Shown piece after piece: positions 13,143 to 24,329 of a stretch of 64,000 nucleotides of DNA; position 1 is the first letter of the stretch, and each line of letters opens with the position of its first letter. Below the pieces are notes generated by a model. It was not told the DNA's origin, ran no database searches, and saw nothing but the letters and a program-made list of their open reading frames with translations. This stretch comes from Eledone cirrhosa (taxonomy: Eukaryota). The position numbers were made by a program, and so were the translations under genes. The stretch spans positions 266,228,001 to 266,292,000 of the forward strand of contig OZ024742.1 of the NCBI GenBank assembly GCA_964016885.1, in the 5' to 3' direction.

Positions 13143-16100
13143 AAATAATGATTTCATTTATTGGCCACAAAGGCCGACATCTAGGGGACAATACAAAGAC
13201 AGGGACCGTCGAGTAAAAGTGCACAATGGCAAGACTAATTTAACAATGAAGATATAAAAATATAAAATAAACTATGCATAAATATAACAAAATAAATTCC
13301 CCTATAGGGGTGGACGACACAGGGGTGACTCAGGTACCCCACCAATCCTGAACCACCCTGCGCTTCTAGGGCACCTAGGGATAGCACCCCTTTCCTCAAG
13401 TTAGCTAGCCTATAGGCGTATGGTCAGAGTAGGCCCATTCACACGGGCCATTCTCGCCACATTCATCCACCTTTTAGCAAATGTACTTGGCGGGGGCAGC
13501 ACTTCTCACTCCACCCTCACCTTCCTTTGCGGGTGAAACTTGAAGAAGTTGATGAGGGATTGGCCGAAGAGAAAAGTGTCTATCTTCAGTGCTTTCAATC
13601 TGGTCCACCATATAACCTCTTTCGCAACGGACACCAGACAGAGGAAAATTGCCTGCTCTTCCTGTCCAAAGGAAGGTGGCAGGTCGATCTTCACTATGGA
13701 CTCGGCCGATAGCCGGATTCGTTCTACACGTGACAGTAGCTGTTCGACATAACTCCACAAGTCAGTAATGCCCGGACAAGTTCATGCAGAACGGTTTCGT
13801 CGCTCTGTGCGCATCTTGGGCAGGTCCGTCTGACAGCACTTCCGTGCCTGTAGAGTTTATCCCGAACCGGCAGTACCCCCGGTAGCACTGCCAAGCGAGG
13901 GATTTCTGGAAATTGTCCATCGTCCCCAGCTCGAAAGTCCTCCGGTACAGACTGGTCAGTACGACTTCGTCGAGGTCCAAAGCTTCTCCGAGTTCATCAT
14001 CGCACTTGCTCACCACTAATCCTCTATAGAACTCGAGAGTGGAAGTTCCACTGATCTCATTGCCTGCTTGGTAGAGGTTCAGTGAGTGCCTGGCAACATT
14101 CCAGGTGCCAGTCACCCAGTCTAAATTTCTTCTTGACCCAACACTGCAGCTCAGTCAAAGAAACGAGCTGCGGAAAGGTCCGTCTGATAAATGGCAACCA
14201 CACCTGTTCACCGTTTAGGCAGAATATCTGGAGATGTCGCACCCTCAGCGCATGTCTGTGCATTATTAGCCACGGCATGCCCAGCCCTCTGAGTAGAGGG
14301 TGCTGGCAGCAGATGGATCGCTTCACCAACGGAACTTGTTCCTTCCACAGAATTTGAAGATGAGCCATTCCAACTTGACGAGGCGCGGACAGGGGAAAGG
14401 CACGATGGTCAGGTGATAGTATATGATGGACGCGATGTACGCATTCGCCACCTCCGAGCGACCTTTCAGCGATAGCTTCCTCGCAGCCCATTTATGGATG
14501 AGACTGGCTACCCTGCTCGTTACCTCATCCCAATTCTTATCCACCTGGGGGTGTGGCCCGAACCAAACCCCAAGCAACTTTACTGGTCCGTCCATCCAGC
14601 GCCCAACGATGCTGTTGGACGGCATGGACTTGCCTCTCCAGATGCTGAGTTGCAAGCCCACCGACTTTTCCGGATTAAGTTTTGCGCCGTTCATATTCCT
14701 CCAATAAGTTGCCGACCACCTCGATTTCTGAGGTGTCCGACACCATCACGATAATATCATCTGCATAAGCCGACACAACCCTTCCACGTCCCGGTTCGAG
14801 CAGGATGCCCTGCAACAGCTCCAGCTTCCGCAGTAAAGGCTCGAGAGTCAATACATACAGAAGGGAAGAGATAGGGCACCCTTGACGGACCGATCAGGAG
14901 AGCCAAAATGGTTCTGAGAGGTGGCCTAACCTTGACCACCAAGTATGTGCCGCTGTGCATTGCAGCGATCCAGCTTCTGAAGATGGGGCCGAAGCCAGCC
15001 GCTTTGAGGACAAACTCCAGATACCGATGGTCGACCCTATCGAATGCTTTCGATTGATCTAAATTGATCAGTGCCCCACCGAAGCCAGGTTTACACCCTA
15101 CCCTCTCTATGATGTATCGCATGAGGTGGAGATTGTCCTGTATGGACTTGGCTGGGATTGCGCAAGTTTGCGCCTCCCCAACCAAATCCTCGATGACAAG
15201 CACCAATCTCTTTGCTAACACCTTGGCCAAAATCTTAAACTCTGTGTTGAGCAGAGTTATGGGCCTGAAGTTGTCTAATGTATCCCTCTTGTTCTCGTCT
15301 TTCCTTATCAGCGTCACCACTCCCCTGCTCACAGAAATGGGAATACTCCCATTCTGCTGCCAGTTGCAGTAGAGCACTTCGAGGAGATTGGAGAACAAGT
15401 CTGGCATATTTATGTAAAGCTCGTAGGGCAGGCCATCCAAACTGGTTGACTTGCGCCTCATGCAGCCGACAAGGGCGTCCTGAATTTCGGCTGAAGTAAT
15501 CGGCCTTTCGCAGCGCTCAGCATCAACCGTCGAGATGCGCGGCAAGCCGTCAAGGTAGGGACTGAAATCCGCTACTCTCTCTAACCCGCCACTCCCCCCG
15601 AACAACCGAGCAAAATGCTGGTGAAAGGCCTCACACATCTGCTTGGAATCGCTTATCTTGTGTCCGTCTCGGTCCGCCAAAGACCAAATTGTGGTTTTAT
15701 TACCACCATGCGCCTCTGCCACGCGGGACCATCGAACAGCTTTGGTTCCCTCATTTCTCAGTGCACTCACCTTAGCTCTGCAATGCCACTACAAATAGCC
15801 TCATCTAAGTTATCTACCAGCTCGCCCTCCTTTCTATTTTTCTCTAATGCTAGTTCTTTGCTGAACTCTATCAAAGTTACTCTAATCTCTCTTTTGAGAG
15901 CCCCCACCATCTGTTGTTGATGATCCCTCCTGTCAACTTTTGCTTAACTAAATTGTTGACTCAGTCCCTGTAAGCCTTACGTGCCGGAAATGACATGTTC
16001 AGCTTCCAGTTACCCGGTCCCATTCTACACGTTTTATCTAGGTCGACCATATAGATCACAAATTTGTGATCTGAATAGGCGACCATTTTAAAAAGTGGGC

Positions 16101-18620
16101 AGCCTACACTATTTCTATCTATTTTCCTAATGAAGATCCTGTCTATATACGATCTAGATGACCCCATGCGGTTGGTCCATGTCCACACTGGCACATTGGG
16201 GAAATCTAGTCAATACCTGTCAGACAGTTGGAACTGGCTGATTAGGTGATTGAGCTCCTATCAGCTACTCCCACACAATCCCAGCATGCGTCCAAGATGC
16301 CGTTCCAGTCCCCCGCTACTGCTCACATCCAAGACCACCAATTTACCGTCCGGGTCCCGGAAGATCGACCTTACTTCGAGATCCAGTCCTTTCCTAAACA
16401 GTACTGCCACCCCACCTACCATTCCCGGCCTGCTGACAGATGCGAAGATCTGATAGTTGTCGAAAATGGAGGCTAGTGCACGCATGTCGGAAATTCTGGT
16501 CTCGCTGATGGCAATCACATCCATTTCCAGAGACCTGAGGTCGTTAAGCAGGCAACCCTGCTTCCAGGGTGATCCCAGGCCGCAAACATTTAAACTTCCT
16601 ACTCTTAATATGGCCATATTGGTAAGCTAAAAGAGAGAGGGACGGTTTACTTACCTCCCGGGGTCTTGTGAAGGTCGGGTGGTTCGAACGCTATGGTTGG
16701 TAGGGTTTCTTTTGGGAACCCCTTTAAAAGTCTCGATGTGGGTTTCACATTTGGGGTTCCCACGTCTTGAGGAAAGCTCTTCCGAATTTCTTTGAAGGAA
16801 TCGAGCGACATTCGGCCAGAAGCAAATCTTCTGGCACGCAAAATATGCTCATTTCAAAGATCGCCCCACTGTTTGAATGTCCTCGCTTCGTTCTAAGAGG
16901 GCCATCAGTTTATCGTTGGCTCTTCTGACAAGCACAAAATTTTTAATATTTTGTTGGTGTGGTTTTATTTGTTTTCGTTTTGGTGACTGTGGTGATGATG
17001 GTTTTGGTGGTGTTGTTTTGGGTATATCTGTGTTTGTTGTAGGTGTGGTGTCTGCAATTTCAGGTATTTGTGTGTTTATTTGTTCATCAGTTTGTTTAGG
17101 TTGTTTGCGTTTCGGGGATTGTGGGGGTGGTGTTGATGTTGATGTTGGTGTTGATGTTATTGGGGAAGTGTTTGCATTAGTGGTGTCTGTATTTTTTGTT
17201 GTGGCTTTTTTTTGTGAGTTTTCTGTTTTTTGGCACTTTTGGGTTTTCCTTCATCTTCGCTGCTGGAAGTCTGTGGCTGTGAGTGTATCTGTGTCTGTGT
17301 GTGCAGTTATTGTTTTGTCTATGTGTATAATTGGAGGGGTAGGGGGAGTGGGAGAGCTTTCCTCATTTTCCCCTTGGATTGGTTTCGGTGTTGGTGTTGG
17401 TCCCGCTGTTTTTGATGTTGGTGGGGTTACCCGTGTCATTGTTGGTGTTGTTTTTGGTGGTGGTGGTGCAGCTTTCCGTGCTGACACTGGCGTTGGCAAC
17501 AAAGGAGGTTTGCGACCACCTGCATTTTTGAGCTGAGGTCAGAAGACTTGCAGATGCGTTGCTTCCCCGCAGACGAAGCAGTGCGGCCTTCTTCCCTCAG
17601 TGATTTATTGGATTGTTGTCCCATCCTGCAGGCGGGCAAAATCCAGGATGTTGTTGATGTCCTCTGGTTTAATTTGGAGAAGAATCTCCAAATCCATTCC
17701 GGACCAGTCTTCTCTCTCTATCCTTTTGATATCCAGGAGGGTAGTGTCTGTCCCCTCCTCGATTACGCATCCCAGGAGCCACCATATGTTCATTCCTGGT
17801 GGGATCCTGGGAATGCGGACCTTTACTGTCCTTTTGCCCATGTGGGACGGGTGCATGATAATGCGTTCCGTTCTGCAGGGGGTCACCGAGTGCTTAATAG
17901 CAAGGCCTCGACAGTACCGACATGGTACCGAACTGCTTGGCCCTTGCTTTGTACTCGTCTCTCGTTTAATTAACCTCCACACCTGGGCCAACTGCTGCTC
18001 CTTATCGCTAATATCCACATTGAAAAAGCGCTTTGTTTTTGCTGCTGCCACTGCAAATGTGACGCCTCCATTGCTCTTGTTGCTGGTGTTGTTGTTGTTT
18101 TGTTTGTTGCTGTTGTCATTGCCGTTGCTGCCGCCATCAGTGTTTACATTGTTTACAATGTTTACATTGAGGCTGTTGGTGTTATGGTCGTTGTTGTTGT
18201 GTTGGTGGTGGTTATGTCATTTTGACATGGTACTGTTACTGTCTTGTTTCTGTATTCAGTGGGATGGGAGACAGGCTTGTTTGTAGTAGTAGTAGTAGTA
18301 GTAGTAGTAGTATTGATGAGATTTATAGTAGCTGATTTTGAACTTTTGACCTGTATGTTGTTTTTTGTTTCAAGGTCAAAATTTTCCATATTTTTTTTTT
18401 ATGGAGAAGCGATTTTTAAAATAAATCTGTAAATCTGAATATAAATCTGGATATTCGGGCTTAAAGCCCGAATATTGAGAGGTTTCCCCTCCTTGGAACC
18501 AATGTGGGTACATTATGCTTCGTTATCGACAAGAAAATACAAAAAATGATACTTTAAAACAGGTTAAAGTTACGAACCTTTTCCACCTCAGACTTGTGTG
18601 TCTTCACACATGTGCATCCA
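13143..18620 (-). mobile_element. Tx1/L1-clade LINE copy A (5' UTR, ORF1, ORF2; multiple frameshifts and deletions)
   Basis: ORF1 remnants 16647-18389. ORF2 13410-16617: APE (LRVGSLNV, SRSYIDR, YSDH), RT (DQSKAFDRVDH, YAD), C-terminal Cys/His finger. AATAAA plus short ATT tail at 13143-13160. Confidence 0.93.
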
Positions 18621-18918
18621 TTAATAATAATAATAATAATGATTTCATTTATTAGCCACAAGGGCCGACATGTAGGGGACAATACAAAGACAGGGACAGT
18701 GGGGTTTTACAATAAGGTCGAGTAAAAGTGCACAATGGCAAGACTAATTTAACAATGAAAATATAAAAGTATAAAATAAACTATGCATAAATATAACAAA
18801 ATAAATTCCCCGATAGGGGGTGTACGCCCCTGGGGTGCTTCAGGTACCCCACCAATCCTGAACCACCCTGCGCTTCTAGGGCACCCAGGAGAGCACCCCT
18901 CTCCTCAAGTTAGCCAGC

Positions 18919-21900
18919 CTATAGGCGCATGGTCAGAGTAGGCCCATTCACACGAGCCATTCTCGCCACATTGACCCACCTTTTAGCAAATGTACTGGGA
19001 GGCAGCACTTCTCTCTCCACCCTCACCCTCCTTTCCAGGTGAAACTTGAAGAAGTTGATGAGGGATTGGCCGAAGAGAAAAGTGTCTGTCTTTAGTCCTT
19101 TCAACCTGGTCCACCATATAATCTCTTTCGCAACTGCCACCAGACAGAGGAAAATTTCCTGCTCTTCCTGACCTAAGGAATGTGGCGGCTCGATCTTCAC
19201 TATGGACTCGGCCGATAGCCGGATTCGTTCCACACGTGACAGTAGCTGTTCGACATAACTCCACAAGTCAGTAATGCACGGACATTGGACAAGTGCGTGC
19301 AGAACGGTTTCGTCGTTATGTGCGCATCTTGGGCAGGTCCGTCTGACAGCACTTCCGTGCCTGTAGAGTTTATCCCGAACCGGCAGTGCCCCCCGGTAGC
19401 ACTGCCAAGCGAGGGATTTCTGGAAATTGTCCATCGTCCCCGGCTCAAAAGTCTCCGGTACAGACTGGTCGGTTCGACTTCGTCGAGGCCCAAAGCTTCT
19501 CCGAGTGCGTCATCGCACTTGCCCACCACTAATCCTCTATAGAACTCGAGAGTGGAAGTTCCACTGATCGCATTGCCCGCAGTCAGGGCAGTGAGTGCCT
19601 GGCAACATTCCAGGTGCCAGTCACCCAGTCTCAATCTCTTCTTGACCCAGTACTGCAGCTCAGTCAAAGAAATGAGCTGCGGAAAGGCCCGTCTGATAAA
19701 CGGCGACCACACCTGTTCACCATTGAGGCAGAATATCTGGAGATGTCGCAGCCTCAACGCATGTCTGCGCATCATTAGCCACGGCATGCCCAGCCCTCCG
19801 CGTAGAGGGTGCTGGCAGCAGATGGACCGCCTCACCAACGGAACTTGTCCCCTCCACAAGAATTTGAAGAGGAGCCGTTCCAACTTGACGAGGCGCGGAC
19901 GGGGGCAAGGCACGACGGTTAGGCGGTAGTAGATGACGGACGCGATGTACGCATTCGCCACCTCCGCGCAGCCTTTCAGTGATAGCTTCCTCCCAGCCCA
20001 TTTTTGGGTGAGACTGGCTACTCTGCTCGTTACCTCGTCCCAATTCTTTTCCACCTGGAGGTCTGGTACGAACCAAACCCCAAGCAACTTTACCGGTCCG
20101 TCCGTCCAGCGCCCCACGACGCTGTTGGACGGCATGAGCTTGCCTCTCCAGGTTCCGAGCTGCAAGCCCACCGACTTTTCCGGGTTAAGTTTGGCTCCTG
20201 TCAACCTTTCATATTCCTTCAATAAGGTGCCGACCACCTAGATTTCTGAGGTGTTCAACACCATCATGGTGATGTCGTCCGCATAAGCCGACACCGCCTT
20301 TCCACGTCCCGGTTCGAGCGGGATGCCCTGCAACAGCTCCAGCTTCCGCAGTAAAGGCTCGAGAGTCAATACGTACAGAAAGGAAGAGAGAGGGCACCCT
20401 TGACGGACCGATCGGGAGAGCCGAAATGGTTCTGAGAGGTGGCCATTAACCTTGACCACCAAGTATGTGCCGCTGTGCATTACAGTGATCCAGCTTCTGA
20501 AGATGGGGCCGAAGCCAGCCGCTTTGAGGACAAACTCCAGATACCGATGGTCGACCCTATCGAATGCTTTCGATTGATCTAAATTGATCAGTGCCCCACC
20601 GAAGCCAGGTTTACACCCTACCCTCTCTATGATGTATCGCATGAGGTGGAGATTGTCCTGTATGGACTTGGCTGGGATTGCGCAAGTTTGCGCCTCCCCA
20701 ACCAAATCCTCGATGACAAGCGCCAATCTCTTTGCTAACACCTTGGCCAAAATCTTAAACTCTGTGTTGAGCAGAGTTATGGGCCTGAAGTTGTCTAATG
20801 TATCCCTCTTGTTCTCGTCTTTCCTTATCAGCGTCACCACTCCCCTGCTCACAGAACTGGGAATACTCCCATTCTGCTGCCAGTTGCAGTAGAGTGCTTC
20901 GAGGAGTTCGGAGAACAAGTCTGGCATATTTACGTAAAGCTCGTAGGGCAGGCCATCCAAACCAGGTGACTTGCGCCTCATGCAGCCGACAAGGGCGTCC
21001 TGAATTTCGGCTGAAGTAATCGGCCTTTCGCAGCGCTCAGCGTCGACCGTCGAGATGCGTGGCAAGCCGTCAAGGTAGGGACTGAAATCCGCTACTCTCT
21101 CTGACTCGCCACTCTCCCTGAACAACCAAGCAAAGTGCTGGCGAAAGGCCTCACACATCCGCTTGGAATCGCTTATCTCGTGTCCGTCTCGGTCCGCCAA
21201 AGACCGAATTGTGGTTTTATTACCACGCTGCGCCTCCGCCACGCGGGCCCATCGAACAGCTTTAGTTCCCTCGTTTCTCAGCGCACGCGCCTTAGCTCTG
21301 ACAATGCAACCTTCGTGTTTGGCATTGAAAAAATGGTCTAATGCCATTCTCGCCGCTAGCACGTCAGTTGCGATGCCACTACAAATAGCCTCGTCTAACT
21401 TATCTGCCAGCTCCCCCTCCTTTCTATTTTTCTCTAACGCTAGTTCTTTGCTGAACTCTATCGAAGTTACTCTAATCTCTCTTTTGAGAGCCCCCCACCA
21501 TCTGTTGTTGATGATTCCCCCCTGTCAACTTTTGCTTAACTAAATTGTTGACTCGGTCCCTGTAAGCCTTACGTGCCGGAAATGACATGTTCAGCTTCCA
21601 GTTACCCGATCCTAACCTACGCGTTTTATTTAGGTCGACCGTACAGATCACAAATTTGTGATCTGAATAGGCGACCATTTTAAAAAGTGGACAGCCCACA
21701 CTATTTCTATCTATTTTCCTAATGAAGATCCTGTCTATATACGATCTAGATGACACCATTCGGTTGGTCCATGTCCATACTGGCACATTGGGGAAATCTA
21801 GTCGATACCTGTCAGACAGTTGGAACTGGCTGAGTAGGTGCTTGAGGCTTTTGCACCCCCCGCTCCTATCGGCTACTCCCACACAATCTCAGCGTGCGTC

Positions 21901-22338
21901 TAAGATGCCATTCCAGTCCCCCGCTAACAGTAAAGGGCGAGACGTACCCAGAAAGGTCTCCAGGCACCTAAAGAAGTCAGGTCGTCCGGCCCCTGTAGGG
22001 GCGTAGATGGCCAGCAGTCTAAAGGCACCACCTTCGCTACTGCTCACATCCAAGACCACCAACTTACCGTCCGGGTCCCGGAAGATCGACCTTACCTCGA
22101 GATCCAGTCCTTTCCTAAACAGCACTGCCACCCCACCCCCCATTCCCAGCCTGCTAACAGATGCGAAGATCTGATAGTCGTCGAAAATGGGGGCTAATGC
22201 GCGCATGTCGGAAATTCTGGTCTCGCTTACGGCAATCACATCCATTTCCAGCGACCGGAGGTCGTTGAGCAGGCGACCCTGCTTCCAGGGTGACCCCAGG
22301 CCGCGAACATTTAAACTTCCTACTCTTAATTTGGCTAT
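18919..22338 (-). pseudogene. Tx1 copy B ORF2 (AP endonuclease, RT, zinc finger), disrupted
   Basis: ORF pieces 21889-22245 (SETR, GDWN), 21472-21882 (YSDH), 20238-21362 (SPGLDGLP, VRQGCPLS, YADD), 19200-20237, 18919-19434 (CPRC..ETVLHALVQC). Start codon is ATA where copy A has ATG. Confidence 0.9.
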
Positions 22339-22369
22339 ATTGGTAAGCTAAGAGAGAGAGGGGGAAGGT

Positions 22370-23990
22370 TTACTTACCTCCCGGGGTCTTGTGAAGGTCG
22401 GGTGGTTCGACCGCCATGGTTGGTGTGGTTTCTTTTGGGAACCCCTTTAAAAGTCTTGATGTGGGTTTCACATTCGGAGTTCCCACGTCTTGAGGAAAGC
22501 TCTCTCGAATTTCTTTGAAGGAATTGAGTGACATTCGGACCAGAAGCAAATCTTCTGGCACGCAAAATGTGCTCATTTAAAAAATCTCCCTCTCTGTTTG
22601 AATGTCCTCGCTTCGCGCTAAGAGGCCATCACTTTATCGTTGGCCCTTCTGACAAGCACAAAGTTTTTAACATTTTGTTGGTGTGGTTTTATTTGTTTTC
22701 GTTTTGGTGAAGGTGGTGGCGATGGTTTTGGTGGTGTTGTTTCGGGTATGTCTATGTTTGTTGTAGGTGTGGTGTCTGCAATTTCAGGTATTTGTGTTTA
22801 TTTGTACTTGTGTTTGTTTAGGTTGTTTGCGTTTCGGGGATTGTGGAGGTGGTTTCGATGTTGCTGTTGGTACTGATGTTATTGGGGAAGTGTTTGCGTT
22901 AGTGGTGTCTGTATTTTTTATTGTGTGTGTTTTTGTGTTTTGTTGGAGCTTTTTTTTTGTGAGTTTTCTCTGTTTTTTTGCACTTTTGGGTTTTCCTTCA
23001 TCTTTGCTGCTGGAAGACAAAGGGTCTGTGTCTGTGAGTGTCTCTGTGTCTGTGTGTGCGTTTATTGTTTTGTCTATGTGTATAATTGGGGGGGGGGCAG
23101 AGCTTTCCTCTTTTTCTCCTTGGATTGGTTTTGGTGTTGGTGGTGATCCGGCTGCTTTTGATGTTGGTGTCCGTGTTTTTGTTGATGTTGTTTTTGGTGG
23201 TGGTGGCGGTGCAGCTTTCCGTGCTGACACTGGCGTTGGCAACAAAGGAGGTTTGCGACCCCCTTCATTTTTGCGCTGAGGGCAGAAGGCTTGAAGATGC
23301 GTTGCTTCCCCGCAGACGAAGCAGCGTGGCCTTCTTCCGTCAATCATTAGTTGGATTGTTGTCCCGTCCTGCAGGCGGGCAAAATCCGGGATGTTATTCA
23401 TATCCTCCGGTTTCATTTGGAGAAGAATCTCCAAATCCATTCCGGACCAGTCCTCTCTCTCTGTCCTTTTGATGTCCAGGAGGGTAGTGTCTGTCCCCTC
23501 CTCGATTACGCATCCCAGCAGCCACCATATGTTCATTCCTGGTGGGATGCTGGGAATGCGTACCTTCACTGTCCTTTTACCCATATAGGATGGATGCATG
23601 ATAATGCGTTCCGTTCTGCAGGGGGTCACCGAGTGCTTAATAGCGAGGGCCTCGGTTTTGAACAGTACCGAGATGGTACCGAACTGTTTGCCTCTTGCTT
23701 TGTACTCAATGTTACTTCCGATGTACTCCAAAGCAGCCTCTACCTCTGCTTGGCTCGCAAGTTCCACTTTTTCTGTCTGCACCGAAATACATCGAAAGGG
23801 CACCGTCCTCCTTTGCATGGCCGCTATTGCCTCGCCCGGGATGGTCAGGTTTTCCCAGGACTTCTCCCGTTTAATTAGCCTCCACGCTTTGGCCAACTGT
23901 TCGTCTTTATCGCTAATATCAATATCAATATTCAATAAGCGCTTTGTTTTTGCTGCTGCTGCAGCAAATGTGGTGCTTCTGATGCTCTTA
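22370..23990 (-). pseudogene. Tx1 copy B ORF1 (Gag-like; CCHC knuckle, Pro/Thr/Lys-rich tail)
   Basis: CFVCGEATHLQAFC zinc knuckle in ORF 22784-24049 (its first ~20 codons are SINE-derived); terminates ...TPGGK*. Confidence 0.85.
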
Positions 23991-24305
23991 TTAATAATAA
24001 TAATAATTGTTTCTACTTTTGGCACAAGGCCAGCAATAACCCAGTGCATTACTGGTACTTTATTTTATTGACCCCGTAAGAATGAAAGGCAAAGTTAACC
24101 TCGGCGGGATTTGAACTTAGATCATAAAGGGCCGTAACTCTAGGTTGAAAATCATGGCATCCGACCCTCTACCGATACTGCCAATCCATAATAATAATAA
24201 TTCTTTCTACTTTTTGGAACAAGGCCAGGAATTACCTAGTGTATTTCTGGTACTTTATTTTATCGACCCCGTAAGGATTAAAGGCAAAGTTAACCTTGGT
24301 GGGAA
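23991..24305 (-). mobile_element. Two tandem Meta-like tRNA SINEs (full 23991-24188; 3' part 24189-24305)
   Basis: Reverse complement matches 29578-29756; each ends in gaaacaa/gaaagaa-(TTA)n. Confidence 0.85.
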
Positions 24306-24329
24306 CCACAAGGGTTGACATAAAATATA

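Larger units (their letters stand above)
18621..23990 (-). mobile_element. Tx1/L1-clade LINE copy B (better preserved, 5'-truncated within ORF1)
   Basis: Colinear with copy A; (ATT)n tail at 18621-18640 preceded by AATAAA. Confidence 0.95.

Noticed and set aside
16627-16654. GT-AG micro-intron fusing Tx1 ORF1 and ORF2
   Set aside because: Only 28 nt in copy A and 30 nt in copy B: too short, and length/phase is not conserved.
14082-24071. Many plus-strand ORFs (e.g. 16877-17536, 17600-18286)
   Set aside because: Antisense shadows of the LINE ORFs and their low-complexity tracts.
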